In this document: positions 19,274 through 28,898 of the stretch, in pieces | Layout of the letters: each line of letters opens with the position of its first letter | Numbering within the stretch: position 1 is the stretch's first letter | Assembly (NCBI GenBank): GCA_029564765.1 | Contig: JAKQPK010000013.1 | Span: forward strand, 125,753 to 189,752 | Source of the DNA: Candidatus Omnitrophota bacterium | GTDB taxonomy: Bacteria > Omnitrophota > Gorgyraeia > Zapsychrales > Aceulaceae | Reading direction: 5' to 3' | Length of the DNA stretch: 64,000 bases | Translations under genes and position numbers: made by a program | Notes under the pieces: model-generated | Told to the model about the DNA's origin: nothing | Seen by the model: only the letters and a program-made list of their open reading frames with translations | The model's database searches: none

Positions 19274-19906
19274 ATGCATAAAGTCGGCCATCTCTTTTTG
19301 ATCTTTTTCCTGGTTGCTCTTTTTGGTTGCGATCAAAATATTAAACCTCAGGACGGAGCGCGAGATAGCGGGAAACAAGGCGTTCATTTCGACCCTTTTC
19401 CTATTTACACAAACGTTGGCTCGCGAGACAATCATTATGTTCCATCAGGATTTATGCCTGACGGGCAATGTATCAGTCTTGATAATCGTTGGCAAGAGGG
19501 TTGCCATAGCGATCCTACCTGTATCAAGATTTCTTATGACGTTATCTGTTCTCAGAAAGGGGCTAGATGGGCTGGTATTTACTGGCAGAACCCCGCACAT
19601 AACTGGGGTGGCCGTAAAGGTGGCTTTAACCTGACAGGCGCTAAGAAATTGACGTTCTGGGCAAAAGGCGAAAAAGGTGGCGAGCGTATTGAAGAATTTA
19701 AGATGGGTGGTATCTCAGGAGATTATCCTGATACCGATACAGCCTTTATTGGACCTGTTATCCTAACGCCGGAATGGAAGCAATACAGCATTGATCTGCG
19801 AGGCAAGGACCTGTCTTACGTAAGTGGAGGTTTTTGCTTTACAACCAACGTTGAGGTCAATCCTGAGCCGATCGTATTCTTTCTAGACGATATGCGTTAC
19901 GAATAA
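19274..19906 (+). CDS. hypothetical secreted lipoprotein
   Basis: Lipobox 'LFGCDQ' is present. The body is Trp/Gly-rich ('GARWAGIYWQNPAHNWGGRKGG') and may be a carbohydrate-binding-like beta domain. It is the last gene before a terminator. Confidence 0.45.
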   Translation: MHKVGHLFLIFFLVALFGCDQNIKPQDGARDSGKQGVHFDPFPIYTNVGSRDNHYVPSGFMPDGQCISLDNRWQEGCHSDPTCIKISYDVICSQKGARWAGIYWQNPAHNWGGRKGGFNLTGAKKLTFWAKGEKGGERIEEFKMGGISGDYPDTDTAFIGPVILTPEWKQYSIDLRGKDLSYVSGGFCFTTNVEVNPEPIVFFLDDMRYE

Positions 19907-19933
19907 TTTTTTGCAAAAGATGTATTTTAAAGA

Positions 19934-19962
19934 AGAGGTAGAGCGATCTACCTCTTTTTTGT
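19934..19962 (+). terminator. Rho-independent terminator
   Basis: Perfect 9-bp stem 'AGAGGTAGA'/'TCTACCTCT' with loop GCGA, followed by TTTTTT. Confidence 0.7.
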
Positions 19963-20075
19963 TTTTAGTCATGTGAAAAAATTCTTTGTTTTGCCTTGAG
20001 TTCGTAAAAATTGTTTGATATAGTAAAATTGTTTCTTATATATAATATTTAACGCTCTAAACAAAGAGGGGAAAA

Positions 20076-21341
20076 ATGTCCAAAGCCGCGAAACAAGTGA
20101 TCATTATCTTAGGGCTGCTGTTGGTTGTAAGTATCTTTGTTGCCTTCTCGACATTCAGTCAGAAAGCCACAATAGAACAAACTGCCGCGCAACTCCAAGG
20201 AGAAGTTGCGGGATACAAAAAAGACATTGCCACTCTTGATCAGAAACAAAAAGAAATTTTAGGGGAAAACGATCGCATTAAGCAGCAAGCGTCTGATGTT
20301 GCGAAGCAAAAAAATAAATTACAGGAAGAAGTCGATAGCCTTGCAAAGAAATTAAAGGATTTTGAAAAACGTGTTAGCGACGCTATGAGCGAGAGAGACG
20401 AATTAAAAGATCGCTATAGTAAAGTAAGTCGTGAGCGCGACGAAGTGATGTCAAAGTTGCAGGAAACAGAGCGAAAACTCTCTGAGGCTCAGAAGAAGGC
20501 GGAGTCTGTGGTTGCTGCTGTTGCGCCAGCGTCAAGCTTGATCGATGAAAACAAACAACTTGAAAGTCATTGGGCTCAAGTGCTTAAAGAGAAAGCGGAT
20601 TTTAGCCTGCGTATTGCCAAGCTAGAAGACGAGTTGAATCAGAGCGCTTTGGATGTTACAGAATTGAAGAAAAAGAATTCTGACCTAACGCTTGAGATCA
20701 GCGCTCTTAAGCAGGAGCGAGAAGATCTACAGCAGCAGATCAAGCGTGGCCAGGATATCGCGGACAATGTTTCCTTAGATCTTGTGCGTGAGAAGAATGA
20801 CAAGAGATTCGTTGGCTCTCAGTTAGATAAGATAAAAGAGGAAAATCTAGCTTTGCGCGCACAGGTCAAAGAATTAGGCTCTATGAAGATCGTTCTTGAA
20901 AAAAGTATCGCGAAGCTACAAGAAGATAAATCCACCATTGAGAAAAAATTGGCTCAATCAGAGACTGTTATTCAAGAACGTCTCGATGATGTTCTCAAGC
21001 TAAAAGAAGATATCAATCGAAAAGTTCTATCAGATAACAAACCTCAAGAGGTCATCTTGCCGCCGATCATCGTCAACGGCTCTGGTCTCGTGTCAGATAA
21101 ACCTGCTGGATCTAGGCACGTGAACGTTTCCGGCGAGATCGTGAGTGTTAACCAAGAGAATAATTTTGTTATCGTAGACCTCGGACAGAAAACAGGGGTC
21201 AGCATCGGTGATCGCTTGAGCGTTTATCGAGGCTCAGCTTATCTTGGCGAAGTCGAGATCATTCAGGTCCGTGCGGATATTTCAGCAGCGGACATCAAAA
21301 AACAATCATCGCCGTTTCAAACAGGCGACCTTGTAAAATAA
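20076..21341 (+). CDS. membrane-anchored long coiled-coil protein with a C-terminal small beta domain
   Basis: It has an N-terminal TM helix and about 300 aa of heptad-rich, K/E/Q/L-dominated sequence. The C-terminal 'IVDLGQKTGVSIGDRLSVYR...GEVEII' looks globular. Function unknown. Confidence 0.4.
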   Translation: MSKAAKQVIIILGLLLVVSIFVAFSTFSQKATIEQTAAQLQGEVAGYKKDIATLDQKQKEILGENDRIKQQASDVAKQKNKLQEEVDSLAKKLKDFEKRVSDAMSERDELKDRYSKVSRERDEVMSKLQETERKLSEAQKKAESVVAAVAPASSLIDENKQLESHWAQVLKEKADFSLRIAKLEDELNQSALDVTELKKKNSDLTLEISALKQEREDLQQQIKRGQDIADNVSLDLVREKNDKRFVGSQLDKIKEENLALRAQVKELGSMKIVLEKSIAKLQEDKSTIEKKLAQSETVIQERLDDVLKLKEDINRKVLSDNKPQEVILPPIIVNGSGLVSDKPAGSRHVNVSGEIVSVNQENNFVIVDLGQKTGVSIGDRLSVYRGSAYLGEVEIIQVRADISAADIKKQSSPFQTGDLVK

Positions 21342-21346
21342 TTCCC

Positions 21347-22354
21347 GTGAGCGCTAAAAAAATTAGCATTGAAGATGTTGCGCAGCGCGCCGGCGTGTCC
21401 ATCACGACCGTTTCTCGTGTCATCAATAATTTCCCTACTGTTTCCAAAAAAAACCGCGCTAAGGTCGAAGAAGCGATCGCCCATCTTAATTTTAAGCCGA
21501 ATGTAAGCGCCCAGCGTCTTGCTCGAGGGCTTAATACCGCGGTCGGCCTGGTCATGCCTGGCTATCCTGGCATTTTTCATTCTTTTTACGCGATCGAGAT
21601 CATTCGCGGGATCGGGCACGCGTGCGAAACATTGCATTTGGACCTTGTCTTTCATATTACTAATGGCATGAACCCTCTAAACACCAGCAACGTCGGTGGT
21701 GTTATTTTTGCGGATATCATTGAAAACCGTAAACAGTTAGAGTCGATCCTTTCGGAAGGGATCCCATGCATGGTCATCAACAACATCGTAGATGACCTTA
21801 AGGTGAACTTTATCGCTGTTGATAATTTTAAGGGTGCAGAGATGGCGGTCGACTATCTATTTGGGTTAGGCCACACGAAGATCGCGACAGTGACCGGAAG
21901 CCTGCAAACGCAAGGCGGCGTTCATCGCTTTGATGGATATAAAAGCGGCCTGAAGCAAAAAGGCCTTATCTTTACGGAAGATTATGTCTATGAGGGGGAT
22001 TATTCTCGCCGGTCCGCGAGAATAGGATTAGAAAAGTTTTTATCTCTTAAAGAAGATCGTCCGACAGCTATCTTTGCCGCTAGCGATGATATGGCATCGG
22101 AGATCATCAACGTGGCTCTTGAGCAAGGGCTCAAGGTTCCCAAAGACCTTTCTGTGATCGGTTTTGATGACAACCCTATAGGTCTATATGGCTCTGTAAG
22201 TTTGACAACCATTCGACAACCTCTTTTTAAAATGGCCGAAGAGGCTGTGAAGCAGCTGAACGCGATCGTTTCTGGACGTCGTCATTCGCCTGTTAAACAA
22301 GTCTTGGCGCCTGAGTTAGTGGTCCGAGAGTCGTGCGCATCCCCAGGCGCTTAA
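21347..22354 (+). CDS. LacI-family transcriptional regulator (GTG start)
   Basis: The HTH 'ISIEDVAQRAGVSITTVSRVINN' is followed by a periplasmic-binding-protein-like sugar-binding domain. The start codon is GTG at 21347. Confidence 0.8.
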   Translation: MSAKKISIEDVAQRAGVSITTVSRVINNFPTVSKKNRAKVEEAIAHLNFKPNVSAQRLARGLNTAVGLVMPGYPGIFHSFYAIEIIRGIGHACETLHLDLVFHITNGMNPLNTSNVGGVIFADIIENRKQLESILSEGIPCMVINNIVDDLKVNFIAVDNFKGAEMAVDYLFGLGHTKIATVTGSLQTQGGVHRFDGYKSGLKQKGLIFTEDYVYEGDYSRRSARIGLEKFLSLKEDRPTAIFAASDDMASEIINVALEQGLKVPKDLSVIGFDDNPIGLYGSVSLTTIRQPLFKMAEEAVKQLNAIVSGRRHSPVKQVLAPELVVRESCASPGA

Positions 22355-22459
22355 AACGACCTATTTTCTCCCGAACTGAATGATTGACAATCTCTGATTA
22401 AAAAGTTATTCTGTTTAGCACTTATCATTGAGATAAAATATATTTTATGGGGACTTATT

Positions 22460-22627
22460 ATGAATAAGCTCATCATGATCATGATGTACGCGCTGTGGAC
22501 CCTGACCTTGATTGGGATCCTGGTCGTGACGTTCACAAGCTTTCAATATCCGGACCTCAATATCGTTGTCCTCTTGTTGGCCGTTTTCGCTTTGATCAAC
22601 ACCTATTTCTCCCTTAAACATAAATAG
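22460..22627 (+). CDS. small hydrophobic protein of 55 aa (below the ORF-track cutoff)
   Basis: ATG at 22460. It translates as 'MNKLIMIMMYALWTLTLIGILVVTFTSFQYPDLNIVVLLLAVFALINTYFSLKHK' with two predicted TM helices. It lies between a candidate promoter (TTGACA 22384-22389, TATTCT 22407-22412) and mnmG. Confidence 0.35.
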   Translation: MNKLIMIMMYALWTLTLIGILVVTFTSFQYPDLNIVVLLLAVFALINTYFSLKHK

Positions 22628-22636
22628 AGTCATTTT

Positions 22637-24520
22637 ATGAAGCAGTATGAATGCATAGTCGTTGGCGCTGGCCATGCAGGTATTGAAGCTGCCTTAGCGG
22701 CAAGCCGCATGGGATGCAAGACGCTCATGGTCAATATGTCGTTTGATACCATTGGCGAGATGAGCTGCAATCCGGCGATCGGTGGGGTCGGAAAGGGCCA
22801 GCTCGTTAAGGAAATCGACGCTCTTGGCGGAGAAATGGGGAAGGCTGCTGACGCAACAGGCATTCAATTCCGCCGACTTAACGCCTCCAAGGGTGCCGCT
22901 GTAAGATCCTCCCGCTGTCAGTCAGATCGCAAAAGATACAGGTTATACATGCAGGATGTCGTTAAGCATCAGAAGAACTTAGAGTTCTGCGAGGGCAAGG
23001 TCAGCGACGTGCTGGTGCAGGACGATAAAGTTATCGGCATTAAGACAGAAGATGGCACGTCTATCTTGACTGTGTCGGTCATATTGACCCCAGGGACTTT
23101 TCTAAACGGCAAGGTCCATATCGGGCCAAAAACATTTCCTGCTGGGCGCATCAACGAAGAGAGCGCGACGTTTCTCGCGCGCTCTTTGAAAGATAATGGT
23201 TTTCGCTTGATGAGCTTTAAGACCGGAACGCCGCCGCGGATAGACGGCGAGACGATCGATTTTCAGCATTTAACGCGTCAAGATTCAGATGACCCTCCGT
23301 TGCCATTCTCGTTCGCGACCACAAGGATCCCATTAGAGCAGAAATTATTGCCTTGCTACATAACGACGACCAATGAGAAGACGCACGATATTATTCGGGC
23401 TAACCTTCATTTGTCTCCTATGTATTCAGGAAAGATCCAATCAACGGGTGTGCGGTATTGCCCCTCCATTGAAGATAAACTTGTTAAATTCGCAAGCAAG
23501 CAGCAGCACCATGTTTTTCTAGAACCCGAAGGATTGGATACGAATCTTTATTATCCGAACGGCATTTCAACGGGGTTGCCGGAGGATGTCCAGAAAGCGA
23601 TGGTTCATTCGATCAAAGGATTAGAGCGCGCGAAGATCGCTCGCTTCGGTTACTCGATTGAGCATGATGTCATTGACGCCACACAGCTGAACGCTAGCCT
23701 GGAAAGCAAACATCTTTCGGGGCTGTTCTTTGCGGGGCAGATCAATGGAACGACCGGATATGAGGAGGCTGCCGCGCAAGGGATCATCGCTGGGATCAAT
23801 GCCGCGCTGAGGGTCAAAGGCCGAGGCCCTTTTGTCTTGGGCCGTGATGAGGCGTATATTGGCGTCCTGATCGATGACCTTGTTACCAAGGGAACACAAG
23901 AACCCTATCGCATGTTCACGTCGCGCGTAGAATATCGCTTGGTTGTTCGAGAAGACAACGCTGATAAGCGCATGGCCGGTTACGCGTATCAATTTGGCCT
24001 TGTATCTGAAGCGCAGTATAGGAAGGTTGAGAAAAAATATGCCGCGATCGATCAGATGATCAATCAGTTAAAAGAAAAAAAGGTGGCACCAGGGCCGCAA
24101 ATAGACCTTATTCTTCAAGAACATAAAAGCGCGCCCTTGCGCCGCGTTACGACCCTAAACGAGATCCTTAAGCGCCCTGAGATGACTTTTGACGCGATCG
24201 CTGATCTCATAGGGGATGGGGCAGGATCTTCGCGGGAGCTGATCGATCAGGTCGAATATGATATTAAGTACGAAGGCTTTATTGCCCGTCAGAAAAAAGA
24301 CATTGAGAAATTTAAATATTTGGAAAAGATCAAGCTTCCCGCTGAGATCAATTATGAAGAGATCTTTAGCTTGTCCATTGAAACGCGGCAGAAGTTACAA
24401 CGTTTTAAGCCAGCTACCTTGGGTCAGGCTAATCGCATTTCAGGGGTAACGCCAGCTGCCATCTCAATTTTAATGGTATATCTCAAGAAGCGCTCTCTAG
24501 AACAAGAGGAAAGGAAATGA
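22637..24520 (+). CDS. mnmG: tRNA uridine 5-carboxymethylaminomethyl modification enzyme MnmG (GidA)
   Basis: The FAD-binding 'YECIVVGAGHAGIEAALAASRMG' and 'QINGTTGYEEAAAQG' motifs are present. Length is 627 aa. Confidence 0.9.
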   Translation: MKQYECIVVGAGHAGIEAALAASRMGCKTLMVNMSFDTIGEMSCNPAIGGVGKGQLVKEIDALGGEMGKAADATGIQFRRLNASKGAAVRSSRCQSDRKRYRLYMQDVVKHQKNLEFCEGKVSDVLVQDDKVIGIKTEDGTSILTVSVILTPGTFLNGKVHIGPKTFPAGRINEESATFLARSLKDNGFRLMSFKTGTPPRIDGETIDFQHLTRQDSDDPPLPFSFATTRIPLEQKLLPCYITTTNEKTHDIIRANLHLSPMYSGKIQSTGVRYCPSIEDKLVKFASKQQHHVFLEPEGLDTNLYYPNGISTGLPEDVQKAMVHSIKGLERAKIARFGYSIEHDVIDATQLNASLESKHLSGLFFAGQINGTTGYEEAAAQGIIAGINAALRVKGRGPFVLGRDEAYIGVLIDDLVTKGTQEPYRMFTSRVEYRLVVREDNADKRMAGYAYQFGLVSEAQYRKVEKKYAAIDQMINQLKEKKVAPGPQIDLILQEHKSAPLRRVTTLNEILKRPEMTFDAIADLIGDGAGSSRELIDQVEYDIKYEGFIARQKKDIEKFKYLEKIKLPAEINYEEIFSLSIETRQKLQRFKPATLGQANRISGVTPAAISILMVYLKKRSLEQEERK

Positions 24521-25140
24521 TCCTCAGAGGTTTTTATTTTATCACGGATCACGTCTTGACGCGGCAAGGGGTTCTAAGGGATGTCCAGAGCGCTTTGACG
24601 GCAGGCGTAGCGGCCATCCAGTACCGCAAGAAAGACGGTGATAAGGATCTGATGATCGCTGAGGCTAAAGAGATCCGCCATCTTTGCCAGAAGGTCCCGT
24701 TCATTGTCAATGATCTCCTTGACGTAGCTGAGGCTTCTCAGGCAGACGGGCTGCATATTGGCCAGAGAGACATTTCTTACGCTCAGGCGCGCGCGGCCCT
24801 TGGCCGAGAGAAGATCATTGGCATAAGCGTCACCAGCCTTGATCAAGCGCAGCGCGCCTGTGACGTAGGAGCTGATTATCTTGGGGTTGGCCCGATCTTC
24901 GCGACAGCGACCAAGAAAGACGCTGCTTTGCCTTGTGGCACCGCATTGATCCGCAGCATTAAAAAGATATGTCCTTTGCCAATTGTGGCGATCGGCGGCA
25001 TTACGCTTGAAAATGCGGCAGAAGTCCTTGAGGCGGGGGCGGACAGCCTTTGCGCTATTTCTGCAACGGTCGCAAGCGCAAGCGTCCAGGAGAGCATCCA
25101 GCTTTTTAATAAGGCCTTTGAGAGGAAGGATAGCCGGTAA
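24517..25140 (+). CDS. thiE: thiamine-phosphate synthase
   Basis: 'GFYFITD', 'DGLHIGQ' and 'DYLGVGPIFAT...K' match ThiE TIM-barrel motifs. Its start overlaps the mnmG stop by 4 nt (ATGA). Confidence 0.8.
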   Translation: MILRGFYFITDHVLTRQGVLRDVQSALTAGVAAIQYRKKDGDKDLMIAEAKEIRHLCQKVPFIVNDLLDVAEASQADGLHIGQRDISYAQARAALGREKIIGISVTSLDQAQRACDVGADYLGVGPIFATATKKDAALPCGTALIRSIKKICPLPIVAIGGITLENAAEVLEAGADSLCAISATVASASVQESIQLFNKAFERKDSR

Positions 25141-25307
25141 TTCTTTTTATCGTCGGCAAAAGGATAAAGAACTGGTACCAAAAAAAATCTTGATTATTTT
25201 TGTTTTGCGGATATACTTTTAAACAATCTTTTGATAATAAATGTCACAGATGGCTTAAAAAATATTATTTTTTCTTGCATTTTAATCACGTTTTTATAAC
25301 ATAAGTA

Positions 25308-25805
25308 GTGAAAGCATTACTTAGCGATCAGAAAGGAAGGATACAATCGATGGCCAATCAAGTTTTTGGTTATCAGCTGTTGCTCGATCTTTACGGATGC
25401 AAAGAGGGAACATGTGACGATCTTTCATTATGCTATCAGTTTCTCGATGAGATCGTTGAGAAGTTGGGCATGGAAAAACAGTCACCGCCAAGCATTTTTC
25501 GAAGCGATGCTACACGTTTTCCCGATAAGGCCGGTCTTTCGGGTTGGGCGCCTTTGATCGAAAGTTCGATCGTTATCCATACGCTATCCCCTAAGAATTA
25601 TATTTCTGTTGATGTCTATTGTTGCAAGGCCTTTGATTCTGAGGTAGCGCGTGAGATGTGCCGTAAATTTTTTAATCCTTCCAAGATCGATGATCAGTAT
25701 ATCGAGCGCGGCTTGGATTATTACAAAACAGATAGCACGTATCATACGATGACCGTTACCAGAAATACCAGCGAAGAACCTGAGGTCGTTCTAAGCCGTA
25801 AATAG
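25308..25805 (+). CDS. pyruvoyl-dependent decarboxylase of the S-adenosylmethionine decarboxylase (SpeH/SpeD class 1) fold
   Basis: 'VFGYQLLLDLYGC' and the 'ESSIVIHTLSP..YISVDVYCC' block match the AdoMetDC proenzyme self-cleavage region (ES|S...IHTWPE...VDVFTCG). The true start may be the Met at 25350. At 165 aa it is longer than typical SpeH. Confidence 0.55.
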   Translation: MKALLSDQKGRIQSMANQVFGYQLLLDLYGCKEGTCDDLSLCYQFLDEIVEKLGMEKQSPPSIFRSDATRFPDKAGLSGWAPLIESSIVIHTLSPKNYISVDVYCCKAFDSEVAREMCRKFFNPSKIDDQYIERGLDYYKTDSTYHTMTVTRNTSEEPEVVLSRK

Positions 25806-25827
25806 TTTTGTAGATAGATGTGAGTAA

Positions 25828-25866
25828 GGGCCCCGCAGGATCTCTGCGGGGCCCTTTTCATTTTTG
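25828..25866 (+). terminator. Rho-independent terminator
   Basis: 11-bp GC-rich stem 'GGGCCCCGCAG'/'CTGCGGGGCCC' with a 5-nt loop, then a T-run. Confidence 0.7.
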
Positions 25867-25950
25867 CAAGATTCCTTTTACTCGCAAAGATCACCGTGAT
25901 ACAATCAAGTCGCTTTTTAAATGAGGCCATTTTTTAACAGAAGGACGTCC

Positions 25951-26175
25951 ATGCCTAAGATCAATGAGCTTATTGAGTGGGATTATTTGGGATCACATTG
26001 CAGTCTGTATATAAAACATTTCCGTGACGAGGAAGGCAATAAAGGTGTTACGATGATCTTTGAGGATGTCACGCACGATAAGGTCACGGAGATCGTTATC
26101 CCCGCGCGGAAATTTCCGACATTTTTACGCGTTATCAATGACAGCAATCGGTATTCCAACAGCATTCTCCCGTAA
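25951..26175 (+). CDS. hypothetical small protein
   Basis: The ATG at 25951 is preceded by 'AAGGACG'. The ORF-track start at 25921 has no RBS. No recognisable motif. Confidence 0.3.
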   Translation: MPKINELIEWDYLGSHCSLYIKHFRDEEGNKGVTMIFEDVTHDKVTEIVIPARKFPTFLRVINDSNRYSNSILP

Positions 26176-26222
26176 CCGGCCTTAGCTAACACAGGACACG
26201 TTAACGCGAAAGGATCCCCATT

Positions 26223-26831
26223 ATGTGTTGTTCTGGATCAAAGATCGTTTTTGTTGTTGCCTGGTGTTCTTTATTTGCCGCAGGCCTATTTCTTTTTTAT
26301 TTTCTTAAAAGCCGTCATCATTTTATTTTATTGCAAGCCCAAGCGATCAAGCGCGGCGGCATGGTGGGCTCTCACGCGCTGATCTTTCCTAAGCTTATTT
26401 TTCACTGGCAGAATTATCAGATCACATCGTTTATTACCTTACCGGCAAAAACAAATCCAACTTTTGTCGTTGTGTCTGTCGCTGTACATCCCATCAAGCC
26501 GTGTGGTTTTGTTGTTGAACGTAGAAATCCTTGGATCCCAGGCCTGAACATTGTTTTTGGATCAAAGAAAATACCCACAGGATCTCTTATTTTTGATCAA
26601 GAGTTCACTGTTTTTAGAAGAGGCGACGAAGATCTCGGATCAATCCTTGATCCGCAGGTCCAAGAGATGCTGTTGACTATCAAAGCACAGAACCCTTTGA
26701 TCAGCCTTGAGAAGAATGTCCTGACCATCCGTGCGCCACACTCAGCGCACAACGCGCAAGAGATCGACGCGCTGATCGATCTTACGATCGTTTTCCTTCA
26801 GCGATTGAAAGACCTGTCTTTTATTGTTTAG
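26223..26831 (+). CDS. hypothetical membrane-anchored protein
   Basis: N-terminal TM helix. No recognisable domain. Confidence 0.3.
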   Translation: MCCSGSKIVFVVAWCSLFAAGLFLFYFLKSRHHFILLQAQAIKRGGMVGSHALIFPKLIFHWQNYQITSFITLPAKTNPTFVVVSVAVHPIKPCGFVVERRNPWIPGLNIVFGSKKIPTGSLIFDQEFTVFRRGDEDLGSILDPQVQEMLLTIKAQNPLISLEKNVLTIRAPHSAHNAQEIDALIDLTIVFLQRLKDLSFIV

Positions 26832-26840
26832 GCCGGATTT

Positions 26841-27740
26841 ATGGCTTATAAGTCAACGAACAATCTTTTTAGGATCCTTGGCGTTACCATTACCGCTGCG
26901 TGCTTATTTTCTTATATCTTTATGAACAATAAGGATCTTCTGAGGAAGGCCTTTTTAAGGGTCAAGGGCCAGCCTATTGATGTTCATTTACAAACTCGCC
27001 AGACCCAAGGAGCAGCCGCTATTATCAAAACAGAGCGATGGGGTCCTGGGCAGACAGCTATTGTGGTCATTGATATGTGGGATCAGCATTGGCATCAATG
27101 TCGCATCGGCGATCGTATCCAGGAATTAGCGCCAGCTATCAACTGTTTTCTTGTTGCGGCACGAAAGAAAAATATCCTCGTTATCCATGCCCCCAGCGAC
27201 GTCGTGTGGCATTATGAAAGTCATCCCGCGCGCAAAAAAGTCCAGAAAATTCCTCAAGCAAAAAGCTTAAGGGATCTTTTTGGCAAGGAAAACAAAGGCC
27301 TGCCCATTGAAAGTCGAGGAGAAGAGCCGCAAATAGATGCTTTGGTCCAGGACTGTTCATGGGGCTGTGTCCGAGGCCAGCCTTGGACGCAACAAAGCGA
27401 AGTGATCAAGATAAGGGATCATGATCTCATAACAGCCAAGGGTGGCGAGATCTGGAGCATCCTTGAGTTTTATGGCATCAAAAATATTATCGTTGTCGGA
27501 GTTCATGCGGATGGCTGTATTCTTTCGCGCAGCTTTGGCTTGCGTAATCTTGTGCGATCAGGCAAGAGGGTTGTCCTGTGCCGCGACCTTACGGACGTCC
27601 TTTGCGATGACCAGGGCAGGATAGGCGTTCATGCTCAAGCTCTCCAGAAGGCCCTTGCGTATATTGAAGAGAATATTTGTCCAACGATGTTATCAAGCGA
27701 CATTACGTATAAACCTCCGTTCCGATTTGTTGATCGGTGA
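26841..27740 (+). CDS. isochorismatase-family (cysteine hydrolase) protein with an N-terminal membrane anchor
   Basis: 'AIVVIDMWDQHW' (the substrate-binding D..W/F block) and 'IIVVGVHADGCILS' (the catalytic Cys block) are as in isochorismatase/nicotinamidase-family hydrolases. Confidence 0.5.
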   Translation: MAYKSTNNLFRILGVTITAACLFSYIFMNNKDLLRKAFLRVKGQPIDVHLQTRQTQGAAAIIKTERWGPGQTAIVVIDMWDQHWHQCRIGDRIQELAPAINCFLVAARKKNILVIHAPSDVVWHYESHPARKKVQKIPQAKSLRDLFGKENKGLPIESRGEEPQIDALVQDCSWGCVRGQPWTQQSEVIKIRDHDLITAKGGEIWSILEFYGIKNIIVVGVHADGCILSRSFGLRNLVRSGKRVVLCRDLTDVLCDDQGRIGVHAQALQKALAYIEENICPTMLSSDITYKPPFRFVDR

Positions 27741-27816
27741 CGTGTTTGTTCTTGGCTTATTGTTTTGCGTGGAACTTTTTGCTCCTAAGGCTTGTCTAAG
27801 ATAATGAGGAAGAGAT

Positions 27817-28380
27817 ATGGTCGACATCGCTCGCGAAACAATAGAACGCGCCGCACGCAACGATATGGCAGCTTTTAAGGAGATCTATCAAGCCGCAAGC
27901 CCTTTTGTTTATAGCCTTGCTTTGCGTATCGTGCCTAATAGCGCGGACGCGCAAGAGGTTACCCAGGATGTTTTTATTAAGATCTATCATCATCTTTCCA
28001 GTTTTCGTTTTTCTTCAGCTTTTAAAACGTGGATCTATCGCATCACGGTGAATACAGCGATCAATTATCATCGTAAGTACGCGAAGGAAAAACAAAGGCG
28101 CGTAAATAATGAGCATGTGCTAGACCTTGCTTCCTCAAGCTCTTCCAGCGATGAAAAGGCGCTTCAAGGCGACCATGAGGCACAGCTGAATATGTTGCTA
28201 GGATCGCTAACGCTAGAACATAGAGCTTGTATCGTTCTTCGCGAGATCGAAGGATTGAACTATCAACAAATGGCATCTGCTTTGAGCATTCCAGTGAACA
28301 CGGTGCGTTCGCGGCTTAAGCGCGCTCGGCAAGCATTGTTACAGGCCGCGAGAAAGGAGTCGCCCTATGAATTGCGATAA
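27817..28380 (+). CDS. ECF (sigma-70 group 4) RNA polymerase sigma factor
   Basis: Region 2 ('FKEIYQAASPFVYSLALRIV...QDVFIKIY') and region 4 ('LREIEGLNYQQMASALSIPVNTVRSRLKRAR') are recognisable. An RBS precedes the ATG. Confidence 0.8.
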   Translation: MVDIARETIERAARNDMAAFKEIYQAASPFVYSLALRIVPNSADAQEVTQDVFIKIYHHLSSFRFSSAFKTWIYRITVNTAINYHRKYAKEKQRRVNNEHVLDLASSSSSSDEKALQGDHEAQLNMLLGSLTLEHRACIVLREIEGLNYQQMASALSIPVNTVRSRLKRARQALLQAARKESPYELR

Positions 28381-28849
28381 GATAAAGAATATGTTGATGA
28401 CCGATCATTTGGACCATGAGCTTGGCGATAAAAAGCGGGAACTTGTTGACCAGCATGTATCCCACTGCAAATCTTGTCAAGAGCTTGTCAGGGCGTTGCA
28501 GGATCAGCGTAGCGCTTTTTCTCAGATAACGCCACATACGCCGCCAGTTCAAGTGTGGCAGAACATTCATGATGCTATTACAAATAAAGAAAGCTGTCTT
28601 AAAGGCTGGAAGGGCCGCTTGATAGATACGATAGGCTCTTTGCTGGCGCCTAAGCCGATCCTTGCCTTGGGTAGTGTCTTTGCCATGATGTTGATCTTGA
28701 TGGCAGTTGGTACAACTCATATTGCAGGGCGCTCTCAACACGCGTATGAGGCTGAGGCCTTGACGATCCTTGCTAGCTATAGCGCTAGCTTAGATCAGGT
28801 TGACGTGCCAACAGATTTTGGGACGGATATCGAGAAGTTCCTTTTGTAG
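28367..28849 (+). CDS. anti-sigma factor (zinc-binding anti-sigma domain plus one TM helix)
   Basis: The 'HVSHCKSCQELV' H-x3-C-x2-C ZAS-like motif is followed by a TM segment. It overlaps the sigma gene by 14 nt. Confidence 0.65.
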   Translation: MNCDKIKNMLMTDHLDHELGDKKRELVDQHVSHCKSCQELVRALQDQRSAFSQITPHTPPVQVWQNIHDAITNKESCLKGWKGRLIDTIGSLLAPKPILALGSVFAMMLILMAVGTTHIAGRSQHAYEAEALTILASYSASLDQVDVPTDFGTDIEKFLL

Positions 28850-28898
28850 GGAACTTCTGGCCAAGAGAGGTTGTCAAAGTGAGCAAAGGAGGTGTTCG

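Noticed and set aside
25141-25349. 209-nt AT-rich leader before the AdoMetDC-fold gene, considered as a possible SAM or polyamine riboswitch
   Set aside because: No conserved riboswitch core (SAM-I/II or ykkC-like) could be recognised. The sequence is AT-rich with little pairing potential.
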